From NCBI GenBank assembly GCA_051362555.1, contig CM120640.1, positions 28,668,503 to 28,732,502 on the forward strand: DNA of 64,000 nt. Direction: 5' to 3'. Shown one piece after another: positions 8,273-21,379 of this stretch. The notes under the pieces were generated by a model. It searched no databases. It saw only the letters and a list, made by a program, of their open reading frames with translations, and was not told where the DNA came from. The translations under genes were made by a program, and so were the position numbers. Source of the stretch: Lingula anatina. Taxonomy: Eukaryota; Animalia; Brachiopoda. The first letter of the stretch is position 1; every line of letters begins with the position of its first letter.

Positions 8273-10515
8273 TTTCAGTCTCTTTAAATATAAAAATTTA
8301 GTGATTGTAGGCCATCGCCGTCGTCGCCGTCGCTGTGCACTCAGCGATAACATGGTAAGTGGAATACCGTTTTACATTTTATATTCAAATTTACAGAACT
8401 GATGAATATTCATAATACGCAGGTCAAGTTCAAAAATCAGCATGATCGGGCCATTTTTAGGGAAGTTATGCTGTTTTTTCACTTTTTTTAGCATTATTAT
8501 AACACCGATAACACGATAAGTGAAAAACATTCTTACTTTTTGGCTATAAAAATGTAGTGATTGTAGGCCATCGCCGTCGTCGCCGTTGCTGTGCACTCAG
8601 CGATAACACAATAAGTGAAAAATCGTTTTACCTTTTGGCTTGAAACTTACAGAATTGATGAATATTTATAATACACAGGTCAAATTTGAAAATCAGCATG
8701 ATCGGGCCATTTTAAGGGAAGTTATGCGGTTTTTTCACTTTTTTCAGCATATATGCAGCACTGATAACACAATATAAGATTAACAGATGGGCAAATTGTC
8801 ATTATACTCACAGGACTGGTCAATCTTACTAAAACGTAGGATGAGTTGGAAAAGCAGCATAATCGTGCCATTATTTTAGATGTTATGCTGTTTTTCACAT
8901 TTCCTCAGATTCAATTCTTAAGCATGTTAACAGTCTCATTATTGAACTAATAAGATACGTAAAAGTGTTTGTTTGACATTTCCTGCATCTTTATAACATT
9001 GTTAGTTGATTATGTAAAAATGATGGTAAACTTGTTATTGTGTATTATGTTATAAAGTGTCAAAAATGGAAATAAACTCATATCATTGCAGTTTGTCAGA
9101 TTCAATCATCTACTATCTTCAGAATCTCAGAATGGAGGAAATTGGACATTTAACACTGTTCTATTGATATTTTCCCATCTCATCAATTTTCTTAGTTGAT
9201 CATATAAAAATGTCAGTAAGCAGTTTATTTTGGGTTTTTTTTTCACTTATTTTAGGATTTTTATAACACCTATAACATAATAAGTGAAAAACATTTTTAC
9301 TTTTTGGCTTCAAACTTATAGAACTGATGAATGTTCATAAATCGCAGGTCAAGTTTGAAAATCAGCATTATCGGGTCAATTTTATGGAAGCTAAGAACTT
9401 CCACTTCTAAGAACTTTTCACTTTTTTCAGCATATATGCAGCACTGATAACACAATAAGTGAAAAACCGTTTTACCTTTTAGCTTGAAACTTACAGAACT
9501 GATGAATATTTATAATACGCAGGTCGAGTTCGAAAATCGGCATGATCGGGCCATTTTAAGGGAAGTTATGCTGTTTTTTCACTTTTTCAGCATATATGCA
9601 GCACTGATAACACAATATAAGATTAACAGATCTGCCAATTGTCATTATACTCACAGGACTAGTCAATCTTATTAAAAGGTAGGATGAGTTCGAAAATCAG
9701 CATAATCGGGCCATTATTTTAAAAGTTATGCTGTTTTTTCACATTTCCTCAGATTCAATTGTTAGGCATGTTAACAGTCTCATTATTGAACTAATAAGAT
9801 ACGTAAAAGTGTTTGTTTGACATTTCCTGCATCTTTATAACATTGTTAGTTGATTATGTAAAAATGATGATAAACTTGTTATTGTGTATTATGTTATAAA
9901 GTGTCAAAAATGGAAATAAACTCATATCATTGCAGTTTGTCAGATTCAAACATCTACTATCTTCAGAATCTCAGAATGGAGGAAACTGGACATTTAAAAT
10001 TGTTCTATTGATATTTTTCCTATGTCAACAATTTTCTCAGTTGTTCATTTAAAAATGACAGTAAATTGATTATTTTGTTATATGAAAAAAAGGTGTTGAA
10101 AATAGAAAGAAAATCAGTTCAATACAGTTATCTCTTGTATACATTTTGGCATTTTGAAAGTGTGACTCTGAACTTCCATGGCCTTGAAGACCTTTCCATG
10201 GCACATTTTCTGTATATCCATGATACTTTTATTTTATTATTAAAAATTGATGGTCATTATGTTATATTGCATAAAAGTTGAAGAAAACCCTATTTTGGAA
10301 ATGGCTGCCGTAATGACCATTAAGGAAAAACCATGTTACTTATGATACTCAAACTTACTGAAAAGTTTCGTAAGACTGACGTGCAGTTTGTGTTGGAAAA
10401 TCAGTGTGATTGTTTTCTGTTTTGGAAGCAATGCAGCTCTATAGAGTGCTATATGGGGCTACTGTTTATGGATGGTGGTAATTGTCCCTTGGGGTAGTCA
10501 CAAGCTAAATTCAGA
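8273..10515 (+). mobile_element. Helentron/HINE (DINE-1-like) non-autonomous element with internal ~150-bp tandem repeats; copies at ~18643-20951, 32310-34618, 42739-45047, 53966-56274
   Basis: A 5' (CGT/CGC)n microsatellite (gccgtcgtcgccgtcg) is followed by repeated monomers gaaacttacagaactgatgaatatt..ataatacgcaggtcaagttcgaaaatcagcatgatcgggccatttt..ggaagttatgctgttttttcactttt. There is a larger internal duplication (~8600-9200 vs ~9430-10040) and an imperfect 3' hairpin near 10478-10501. Boundaries are approximate; the family call rests on architecture only. Confidence 0.55.
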
Positions 10516-10597
10516 GCTATTAAATCATTTGCCTAATTAATTTCCAAGTGCCCATTAAATAAGATTACATAAAACACACGTTGAGATTTCCCATAGG

Positions 10598-10943
10598 TTA
10601 AAGGGATAATAACTCTTCGTTTTGGCCAAAAAATGAATTTTCCTGGAGTAAACAACAATTTTCCCATACTTACCAATGATTAATGAATCCATTTTTACAT
10701 TCAAATTTAGTCCTTGGTTTTTTTCTAAAAAGTTTGGTTTTTTTGTTAAAATCTCTTAAGAGATTATAACAGAGTATAGCCATCAGTGGAGGTCACGTGA
10801 TCTTAAGACAAGCTCAGATATCAGAATAATAGCTATAACTGCTGTTTTCGTCGTAAAACAGAATATATTATATTTCTATGAGTTATTTACAATGTTTTTA
10901 TTGTGAAATATAGATTTCATACGAAGAGTTATTATCCCTTTAA
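10598..10943 (-). mobile_element. Kolobok-like MITE, inverted copy with perfect TIRs
   Basis: TTAA|AGGGATAATAACTCTTCGT ... ACGAAGAGTTATTATCCCT|TTAA; the body is the reverse complement of 1217-1561. Confidence 0.88.
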
Positions 10944-12282
10944 GCTCTCTTAACTGTGTTACATAATTAGGAATCTGTGATAATTATGCAGGTAAATGTT
11001 GTTTAATATTGCAAATAAGTTAACAAAAGAAAAAATAATTTGAATAACAGTGCCTTATTATCCTCAAACACATTGGGGTTATTCATATCATGTTATTACA
11101 GCAAGATTAAAAGTTTGAATAGCAGCTTTAATGGGATATTTTTGTTTTGTTTTCTTTTTAATTTATTTTTCAAACATTTCAAGCATTTTCAGCTCCCATC
11201 CACCTGAAGCTCTTCACATTTTCTGTATTTCCACGTAAGCAGTTGCATTGGTTTTTATGTCTTTAAACATTATGTAATATTATTTTATGCACTGTCATCA
11301 TTATTCAAATATTGGGATTTTCATTATGTGAATTTGGTCCTGAAACTGTAATCTTATTGCAGGGGCAGATTGAGACTGTCTTCTGGGTCTTTCAGATTTT
11401 AAAGTTCACATTGATGGGTATCTGTTTTTTCTGTTGGAAGACCATCAAAAATGTAGGATGGATCAACAAAGATAATTTGGAATACTGTCAGAAAATATCC
11501 CTGGATCCGCTCCTGTTATTGACGATGTCACCTGTTGTGCATGATTAAAATTCAGTGTTGATTGACAGTGCTATTGTAGGCATGATTTATCATTGCATTA
11601 AAATTGACAAAAGGAACCATTTTCTGCATTTTTATTTTCTGTTTTTGTCTGTACATTTGACAGCTTTGCTGCCTTGTTTTTTTTTTTTTTTTTTTTTTTT
11701 TGTTTAAACATAGGTTGTCTATTGTACTAAATGAACACTGGATGGCTATCTGGGAAAAGTCTTGCCTTAGAGTCAATTTGATCTTTTTACGTCTTGTAAC
11801 ACAGCTTCAGGTATAAGATAACAATATGTGGCCTCTTTCAGTCTCTATAAATATAAAAATGTAGTGATTGTAGCTTGGATAAATGATTGACTGTTACAAG
11901 TAAATTAATGAATGCAATTTTTTACATGCTTTCTTTTATTCAAAATATAAATTATATATATGAAATATGCATGATTTGAGGAGAATTGACATCAGTATCA
12001 TAAGTAATACAAATTCAGCAATTTATGTTGTAAAAAAAGAAATAATATTTAATGTTGTATATACTTTACATACTGTATATATGTATGCTATTCTATTTAC
12101 ATATGTACAAATATTATGAAACAAAATTACATGTTTATTATGTACAATTTGTACAAGCTCTTTCTGGAATGCTAATAAAATCCCTTCAAAACTGCAGTGA
12201 ATGGATGCATATACATGTACATGGCTATTTGTTTATGCACAATGTCCAAGTGATTTTTCTCATACAGTTGTGAACAGTCATT

Positions 12283-12664
12283 TCAGTATTTGACTAGCTG
12301 TCGCAGCTTGGTCATCATCCAAAACTTAAATTTCTTCATCCTGCTAAGGCTATAAGGATGGGTGTCTTCCTGGGCTTGGACACTATATATCAAGGAAAAA
12401 GTTTATATGTAAAATGGGGCACATATTTTCTCTGTAAAGAATTTTATTAAGACATATTTATAGATCTTGATTATAATGCACTTGGGATGATTATAAAACC
12501 ATCTAACTCACTTGTTACAACTTACTTTACATTCAAATCTGCCATCACCCAATTGAAAATAATTTAATTGTTTTATAAAATTTGAACACAATACCTTAAT
12601 TCTCCCTCAGTAGATGTACCTAATTTTTCATCGTCATCATCATCAAGATCAATTTCTACAAACC
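12283..12664 (-). other. Diverged paralogous terminal exon pair (D'/E') of the orphan gene: alternative 3' exons or a truncated paralog; copies at 25952-26333, 36387-36768, 46817-47198, 58043-58424
   Basis: complement(join(12283..12382,12595..12664)), GT-AG intact. Reads GFVEIDLDDDDDEKLGTSTEGELSVQAQEDTHPYSLSRMKKFKFWMMTKLRQLVKY*. Downstream, 11875-12280 is homologous to the orphan gene's 3' region (4095-4530). Confidence 0.7.
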
Positions 12665-12773
12665 CTGGTGGGAAAAAAGAAATATTTGAAAATTTTGATT
12701 CTTGAAACATTTGAGTTTTGTATTAATCTTATCATTCACAGCAATTCTAAGTATTTATATTTTCTCATTCTAG

Positions 12774-12880
12774 GAAAGTTAAAAGAACAGGGGAACATGG
12801 TACTAAAGCCCTTCAAATGGAATGTCTACTGACAATTTCAAATCACAGCAAGATCCAAATACAGGACCATATTCTGTGCA
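12774..12880 (+). pseudogene. Frameshifted TTC1 exon 6 copy at the unit junction (also before 26550, 36985, 47415, 58641)
   Basis: TTCTAG|GAAAGTTAAAAGAACAGGGGAACATGG... has a 4-nt insertion after the PF codons, giving [19 protein letters not shown]. It is fused directly to the TTC1 intron-3 donor GTAAGT. Confidence 0.85.
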
Positions 12881-13100
12881 GTAAGTTTTTGAGTTATTAT
12901 TATTATTGAAGTGTAGCAATTTCAGTTGATAGAATGATTTCCCTAGATTGGTTCACTATTTAAAATATATAATTTAAACAACATTTTATGACTGTGATAA
13001 TTTTTCTTTGTTTAAAGGTTGTGTTCAATTTGGCATGCATTGATACAAGGTATATATTAAGGGTGTTTTCTTTGAGGCATTTGAAAAAAACTCTTTTCAG

Positions 13101-13955
13101 AAACAGCACGAAAAGGCTATTGAAGACTGTACCAAAGCACTAGAACTTAATCCTAATTATCTCAAAGCACTTTTAAGGAGGGCAGAAATGTATGAAAAGA
13201 CTGAAAAATTAGATGAGGCATTAGAGGATTACAAAAAAGTAATTGAAATGGATCCAACACAACATACTGCAAGGGAAGCATGTATTGTAAGTCTGGTATC
13301 ATAAAAACAGTCTCAAATACTTTAGATTTGTGTTACATGGTTTTCTGTAATGTGTCAATGTGTAGTAAGTGAAATAAAAAAAAAATGATGTTCATATATG
13401 TTTAAAAGCATCGCAATAGAAAAAAAATGCTAAAGTGCTAAAGTGTAACAGTGCAATATTCACTTAAATTTAAAGATATTAAAATAATTACAAGTCAGCA
13501 AATTGTTTTTATTCATAAGAGAACTAATCAGTGAACTTTTGAATCTGATTGAATCTGTGTTTATTTTCATCTCTTCAGCGATTGCCACAGCAAATTACAG
13601 AAAGAAATGAGAAAATGAAAGATGAAATGATGGGTAATTTATATCTTTCAGTCCTACATTTTGAAATATTTTACAATAAAGCAAAATCTTTTAGACTGGT
13701 CTTCTGCTCTTTGATTTCAATAAAAATCAACATATTTATTTAAAATTTGATTTATGAAACATTTGAGTTTTGTATTCATCTTTTCATTCAGAGCAATAGT
13801 GGAAGTATTTATATTTTCTCATTCTAGGAAAGTTAAAAGAACTGGGGAACATGGTACTAAAGCCCTTTGGAATGTCTACTGACAATTTCAAATTACATCA
13901 AGATCCAAGCACAAGTTTTCCATGTATTTGTCCAGTCAGAAGAAGCTGCAATTAG
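13101..13955 (+). pseudogene. TTC1: Headless TTC1 fragment (exons 4-6), U2
   Basis: Exons 13101..13286, 13579..13633 and 13828..13955 with intact splice sites. Exon 6 has a deletion removing the native stop and ends ...[21 protein letters not shown]. No exons 1-3 in the unit. Confidence 0.85.
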
Positions 13956-14882
13956 AACTTTTCTAAAATAGAGAACATAGCTGGCTTCATCATCCTTTAG
14001 ATGCCTTAAATAGTTTAGCTCAGTAGCAAGATTATTCTGATATTTATCAACTTGTTTAAAAGGTTACCACACAGCAGATATTCTTAACATAAGCCAACAA
14101 AAAACTATAAAGGATAAAGATAAGAATTTGCTTGATTGGCAAAATGACTGCTCAGGCCTTTATTTTTTAAATATTAATTTAAGGTGATTTTAAAATATTT
14201 ACTGCCAAAATGAAGCCTTGATGCCCATTTCTTGTCTGTCTACATAAGGAAGCAGTGCTGTGTCATCAATAGGTGCTGATGGTGAGAGAAAATCTGATTG
14301 TGAATAGAGAAATACAAGACGCCTTTTAAACTTTTTGAGCAAGCAGGAAAGAAAAGACATCTATTTACCCAAGAGAAAGAAATGCAGATTGTCCTTAGAG
14401 TACAATTCTTTTTATATCTGTTCGAGTTAAAGAAAACAATTTATGGCCTCATTCACAGTCTCATTTGAGTTGGTTGTAGTTCACTTGAATAAAAGACTGA
14501 TTGCAACAATAAAATAATCCAATTTATTGTCTTTATGTGATTTCTTTATTATAAATAAAATTATATATATAAATGATATGTACATAACTTTTGACATAAA
14601 TATTATAAATGTGTACAAATTAAGCAACTGATGCTGCAAAACAATAATAATGAACAACTTTTTATATATATTTACCATGGTATTCTATTTAACATATGTA
14701 CAAACATGAAACAAAATTTCATGTTTACTATATACAACGTGAACAAGTAAAAGCTCTCAAGATTGTTCATAATGTCCATTGCAGTTAATGGGTGCATATA
14801 CATGGGTGGCGTTTCATGTATGTACAGTGTTTTTTTCATTCAGTTTTTATGAAAAAAGAAAAGAAAAGGAAGAACAGTCAGT

Positions 14883-16716
14883 TTAGTAACGGATTAACTG
14901 TCTCAGCTTTGTGAGTATCCAATATTTTATTTTCTTCATCCTACTTAGTATAGCTTTCCTTTGGGGCTTGGACACTATATAAAGGAAAAGCATATATGTG
15001 AAATGAGGCTCATATTATCTCTTTGATAAATTTCATTGAGGTATTCTCTTCACATCTTGATACTTATACACATACCAAATTTAGAACGGGAATGTTAAGA
15101 AGAATGGAAAAAAATTTACATTGAATTCTGCTAGTTGTTGAATAATGAAATAAAATACCTTTTCCCTCTGTAGTCGGAGCTAATTTTTCATCATCAAGAG
15201 GGATTTCTACAAATCCTGTGGAAAAACAAAAATTACTGTCAAGGCTTAATATCATGGTGCCGTATTAGAATTGTAGTTATATTTGTGTAAGGAAGGGATC
15301 TTTTCTATTAGAATACAATTTGTTAAATATGCTTTGCTTGGGTGAAAAAAAAGTAGAATAACTTTTGCACTTCACAACATTTGAGAAGCTAACTGTCATT
15401 TAAGAAAAAAAAGTTCTGAACAGTTTTGGGTTTCATATTTATATGTTAGATTAAAGTCCTGATACTGTACCTTGATCAATACTGCTTTCCTTTTCCCAAA
15501 ATGTTCGACAGCCAAAGGTAGAATCTGTCTGCACAAACACAGCCTCTCTCTGTACCCGCTCTGGGACTAGAACACCGCTGCTGGGTGTAAGTTTCCTCAG
15601 GTGATAGATGCCCTCCACAGCTGAAAAAAGGTACAAGCTATATTAATAAATGAATGGAAAGGGTCCATATCTGCATTAGAAAAACAATCATAAAAATTTC
15701 ATGTATCTCAGGCATTTGTTTTATACTATTTCCAACACTGCAAATTTACAAGCATGGAGGGAGGCTTTTACCTTGAAGTACACAGTCATCTTTTCCAAAA
15801 AATGTACAGCAGCCATTTGTGGAAACTGCCTGTACAAATACATTGTCTTTTTGTTCCTGCTTTGGAACTAGAACAGCAACACTGGGTGTACTGTTTTGTG
15901 AATGGTAAATGCCCTTAAGGACTGGAAATGAAAAATAAATATTGATGTTAGATTCATTCATCTTTAATAACAGTCATATCAAGAATAAAAGATGTACTTC
16001 TGATTTTGAAATACTTCAGATGCAAACAGATGCCCATAGCTATTTTCTCACCTTTTTCATCACTCCATCTTTCTATCATTTCCATAACAAAGGACTCCAA
16101 TTTTAACATTTTAAACTGAAAATGTTGAGAAAATAAAAAACAAAATAAAAAATTAAATAAAAAAAAAATAAGAAAAAGAATAAATAATTTTTTTTAAAAA
16201 TGAAAGAAAGTAAGAAAAAGAAAGACAGATAAAAATAATTAAACCAATGGATAACAATGAAAGCAAATATAAATGTTATGACAGATAATTCCAACTCAAA
16301 GTAACATTAAAGGAAATCTAGGAAACTTTCAAAACGTACGTAAGATAAAACCCAATCAAGGAAGTTTTCGATAAAAACAATTTATTTGGCTTGTCTTAAT
16401 TTGGTGTTTATTTCCTTTATTTTCGAAGGTTTTCTGCTGTTTTTTTTTAAATTTAATTTTGTTTAATTTTTTAAAACTTTTAAACGTCCAAAGCTGTAGA
16501 TCTAAATGTCCGCGAGAAGTTTTTGCATATAGCCGTACGAAAAATTCTTTTGCCGATTTTTCGTAAAATGTATGCCCACATGCATAAAAAACATTTAAGA
16601 AGAAAAGTAACTGGCGTGATTTAATTACTCTAACATATAAAACATCATAAAAATATTATCGTCTTCGATTAAATGAAAATATCTTCCTGAATTTTTTCGA
16701 TACTCACCTCGCTCAT
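14883..16716 (-). CDS. Orphan gene, copy 2 (intact)
   Basis: complement(join(14883..14974,15159..15215,15471..15620,15772..15921,16052..16115,16708..16716)); same exon sizes and splice sites as copy 1; C-terminus VSKPQRKAILSRMKKIKYWILTKLRQLIRY*. Confidence 0.78.
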
Positions 16717-19700
16717 TGAAAAAATGCGCAAATCTGCCGCTTTTGTTGCTAGGCACGCTCTCCAATGTGATTGGCTGAAAGTTCGCTGAAACTCGAGCGT
16801 TTACGTTTTTCTCCGCCTCCGACATACATGCAATGGAAAAGAGTGACGCAGACGCCTGAAATATTTCACAATATTTGATCGGTTGTCAGGATTCCATATC
16901 CCGTAATGAGTGATGGGTGCTAGCAAATATACATTTCATTACAAAATAGGCACGTTGCCAAAGATGGTATTTTTTTTTCTCAGTCAGAATTCTCTGAAAT
17001 TCTCGTTTTGTTCGTTCAAATATGGCAATATCCAAGGAATAATTTACACATGAAATTAAGCTTCTTTCATTATTATTTCAGAACTTCAAAACACAATTTT
17101 GAAAGCTACGAGGACTTAAAAGCTATAAATTTGCGTACTCAGTACGTCTTTGACCTCATTACTACAGTACCAACCCGTAATTTTATTTATTTTTCAAATT
17201 TATATGGGATTTGCTTAGCAAAAAGTCATTTTGTAAGTCGGCATTCTTTTAACAAAAGTGTTTTTTTTTTTTTTTTTCATGTACTTTAACTGTGTTTGCT
17301 CCATTTTGTTTTACTTCATCTTTGTTGAGGTTTTTTGTTCAGGAAAGACTCCTTTCACTCTTTTATATATCAGCATAATAAAAAAAAAAGCTTTAAAATA
17401 TCTTGTAACACAGCTTCATGCAGACTTAAAGGGCCTAGCAATTAAATCTCTGGTTTTATTTTATCTTAAAATCCTATATAGGCCACTGTAAGGATGGCAT
17501 GTGTGGTAGGTGGGGGAAACCATTAAGGGAGTATGAGGCTTTGCTTTCAAGTAGGTCCACCATATTTGAGCCTTGAATCAGTTAGTCCTAGGATCAAACT
17601 GTATTGAATGCGGCCCTAGATCTAACACAACATGCTGTGGGGGAAGCATGCATTGTAAGTGTAGTATTACAAATACTGGTCTTAGATATTGTAGATTTTT
17701 GTTGTGTTGTGTATTTATGTGTAGTAAAACCAAATATGAAAAACAAACGGTGTTCATATGTTTGAAAAACATTGATTTTCAAAAAAGTGCATATAGGAAT
17801 ACAATATTAGAAAACAGAAGTTACCATAGCAATTTGAAGAAAGAAATGATAAAATGAAAGGTGCACTGATAGGTAAATTTTTATTTCAGATATTTCAGCA
17901 CTACAGTACCATGCAGTAAATTTTGAAATACTTTATATGAAAGCAAAACATTTTAGACTGGTCCTCTGCTCATTGATTTTAATAGCAGTCAACATATTTA
18001 TTAAAATTTTGATTCTTGTTACATTTGAGTTTTGTATTAATCATCTCATTTTTGAGAATTTGGTTTTATTGACAGAATTGGCAGCTCTAGCATGGATTTT
18101 TAAAAATATCAATTAAGGGTGTTCTTTAAATATTTCCTGCCAAAATAAATTCTGGATGCCAAAATCTGATATCTGTCTACAAAGGAGAGTGGTGATTTGT
18201 GCTCAATAGGTGCTGTTGGTGAGAGCAAATCGGATTGCAAGTAAAGTGATAAGAAAAGCACCATTTTTACTTTTTGTTTTCAGCAAGCAGAGGAGAATAG
18301 ACATCTATTTTCTTAAGATGAAGAAATGCAGATTGTCCTTAGAGCAGGGGTTTCTGCAGGATTTGCATCACAGTAGGTCAACATTCCAAAACGTTGATCT
18401 GTAATTTGGTAATTTGGTCACCAATTTACAAGAAATTCAACTACAAATATACTGTCATTTCTAAATATTTCATAAGCCATCCAGCCTTTTTTTTTTTTTT
18501 TTTTTTTTTGAAAAACATAGGTTGTCTATTGTATTAAATGAACACTGGATGGCTATCTGGGAAAAGTCTTGCCTTAGAGTCAATTTGATCTTTTTATATC
18601 TTGTAACACAGCTTCAGGTATAAGATAACAATATGTGGCCTCTTTCAGTCTCTTTAAATATAAAAATGTAGTGATTGTAGGCCATCGCCGCCGTCGCCGT
18701 CGCTGTGCACTCAGCGATAACACGATAAGTGGAATACCGTTTAACATTTTGTATTCAAATTTACAGAACTGATGAATATTCATAATACGCAGGTCAAGTT
18801 CAAAAATCAGCATGATCGGGCCATTTTTAGGGAAGTTATGCTGTTTTTTCACTTTTTTTAGCATTATTATAACACCGATAACACGATAAGTGAAAAACAT
18901 TCTTACTTTTTGGCTTGAAACTTATAAAGCTGATGAATATTCATAATATGTAGGTCAAGTTCGAAAATCAGAGTTATCAGGTCAATTTTATGGAAGTAAT
19001 GCTGTTTTTTCACTTTTTTCAGCATATATGCAACACTGATAACACAATAAGTGAAAAAACGTTTTACCTTTTGGCTTGAAACTGACAGAATTGATGAATA
19101 TTTATAATACGCAGGTCAAATTTGAAAATCAGCATGATCCGGCCATTTTAAGGGAAGTTATGCTGTTTTTTCACTTTTTTCAGCATATATGCAGCACTGA
19201 TAACACAATATAAGATTAACAGATGGGCAAATTGTCATTATACTCACAGGACTGGTCAATCTTACTAAAACGTAGGATGAGTTGGAAAAGCAGCATAATC
19301 GTGCCATTATTTTAGATGTTATGCTGTTTTTCACATTTCCTCAGATTCAATTCTTAAGCATGTTAACAGTCTCATTATTGAACTAATAAGATACGTAAAA
19401 GTGTTTGTTTGACATTTCCTGCATCTTTATAACATTGTTAGTTGATTATGTAAAAATGATGGTAAACTTGTTATTGTGTATTATGTTATAAAGTGTCAAA
19501 AATGGAAATAAACTCATATCATTGCAGTTTGTCAGATTCAATCATCTACTATCTTCAGAATCTCAGAATGGAGGAAATTGGACATTTAACACTGTTCTAT
19601 TGATATTTTCCCATCTCATCAATTTTCTTAGTTGATCATATTAAAATGTCAGTAAGCAGTTTATTTTGGGTTTTTTTTTCACTTTTTTTAGCATTTTTAT

Positions 19701-21033
19701 AACACCTATAACATAATAAGTGAAAAACATTTTTACTTTTTGGCTTCAAACTTATAGAACTGATGAGTGTTCATAAATCGCAGGTCAAGTTTGAAAATCA
19801 GCATTATCGGGTCAATTTTATGGAAGCTAAGAACTTCCACTTCTAAGAACTTTTCACTTTTTTCAGCATATATGCAGCACTGATAACACAATAAGTGAAA
19901 AACCATTTTACCTTTTAGCTTGAAACTTACAGAACTGATGAATATTTATAATACGCAGGTCGAGTTCGAAAATCGGCATGATCGGGCCATTTTAAGGGAA
20001 GTTATGCTGTTTTTTCACTTTTTCAGCATATATGCAGCACTGATAACACAATATAAGATTAACAGATCTGCCAATTGTCATTATACTCACAGGACTAGTC
20101 AATCTTATTAAAAAGTAGGATGAGTTCGAAAATCAGCATAATCGGGCCATTATTTTAAAAGTTATGCTGTTTTTTCACATTTCCTCAGATTCAATTGTTA
20201 GGCATGTTAACAGTCTCATTATTGAACTAATAAGATACGTAAAAGTGTTTGTTTGACATTTCCTGCATCTTTATAACATTGTTAGTTGATTATGTAAAAA
20301 TGATGATAAACTTGTTATTGTGTATTATGTTATAAAGTGTCAAAAATGGAAATAAACTCATATCATTGCAGTTTGTCAGATTCAAACATCTACTATCTTC
20401 AGAATCTCAGAATGGAGGAAACTGGACATTTAAAATTGTTCTATTGATATTTTTCCTATGTCAACAATTTTCTCAGTTGTTCATTTAAAAATGACAGTAA
20501 ATTGATTATTTTGTTATATGAAAAAAAGGTGTTGAAAATAGAAAGAAAATCAGTTCAATACAGTTATCTCTTGTATACATTTTGGCATTTTGAAAGTGTG
20601 ACTCTGAACTTCCATGGCCTTGAAGACCTTTCCATGGCACATTTTCTGTATATCCATGATACTTTTATTTTATTATTAAAAATTGATGGTCATTATGTTA
20701 TATTGCATAAAAGTTGAAGAAAACCCTATTTTGGAAATGGCTGCCGTAATGACCATTAAGGAAAAACCATGTTACTTATGATACTCAAACTTACTGAAAA
20801 GTTTCGTAAGACTGACGTGCAGTTTGTGTTGGAAAATCAGTGTGATTGTTTTCTGTTTTGGAAGCAATGCAGCTCTATAGAGTGCTATATGGGGCTACTG
20901 TTTATGGATGGTGGTAATTGTCCCTTGGGGTAGTCACAAGCTAAATTCAGAGCTATTAAATCATTTGCCTAATTAATTTCCAAGTGCCCATTAAATAAGA
21001 TTACATAAAACACACGTTGAGATTTCCCATAGG

Positions 21034-21379
21034 TTAAAGGGATAATAACTCTTCGTTTTGGCCAAAAAATGAATTTTCCTGGAGTAAACAACAATTTTCC
21101 CATACTTACCAATGATTAATGAATCCATTTTTACATTCAAATTTAGTCCTTGGTTTTTTTCTAAAAAGTTTGGTTTTTTTGTTAAAATCTCTTAAGAGAT
21201 TATAACAGAGTATAGCCATCAGTGGAGGTCACGTGATCTTAAGACAAGCTCAGATATCAGAATAATAGCTATAACTGCTGTTTTCGTCGTAAAACAGAAT
21301 ATATTATATTTCTATGAGTTATTTACAATGTTTTTATTGTGAAATATAGATTTCATACGAAGAGTTATTATCCCTTTAA
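21034..21379 (-). mobile_element. Kolobok-like MITE (U2 copy)
   Basis: Same as 10598-10943, carried by the duplication. Confidence 0.85.

Noticed and set aside
8340-9760. ~150-bp repeats as a CRISPR array
   Set aside because: Eukaryotic context, long degenerate monomers without unique spacers, no cas genes; it is a transposon-internal satellite.
11300-11640. More GC-balanced stretch that looks like decayed coding sequence
   Set aside because: The - strand frames I translated contain stops, the 78-aa + ORF starts at TTG, and I recognise no homology.
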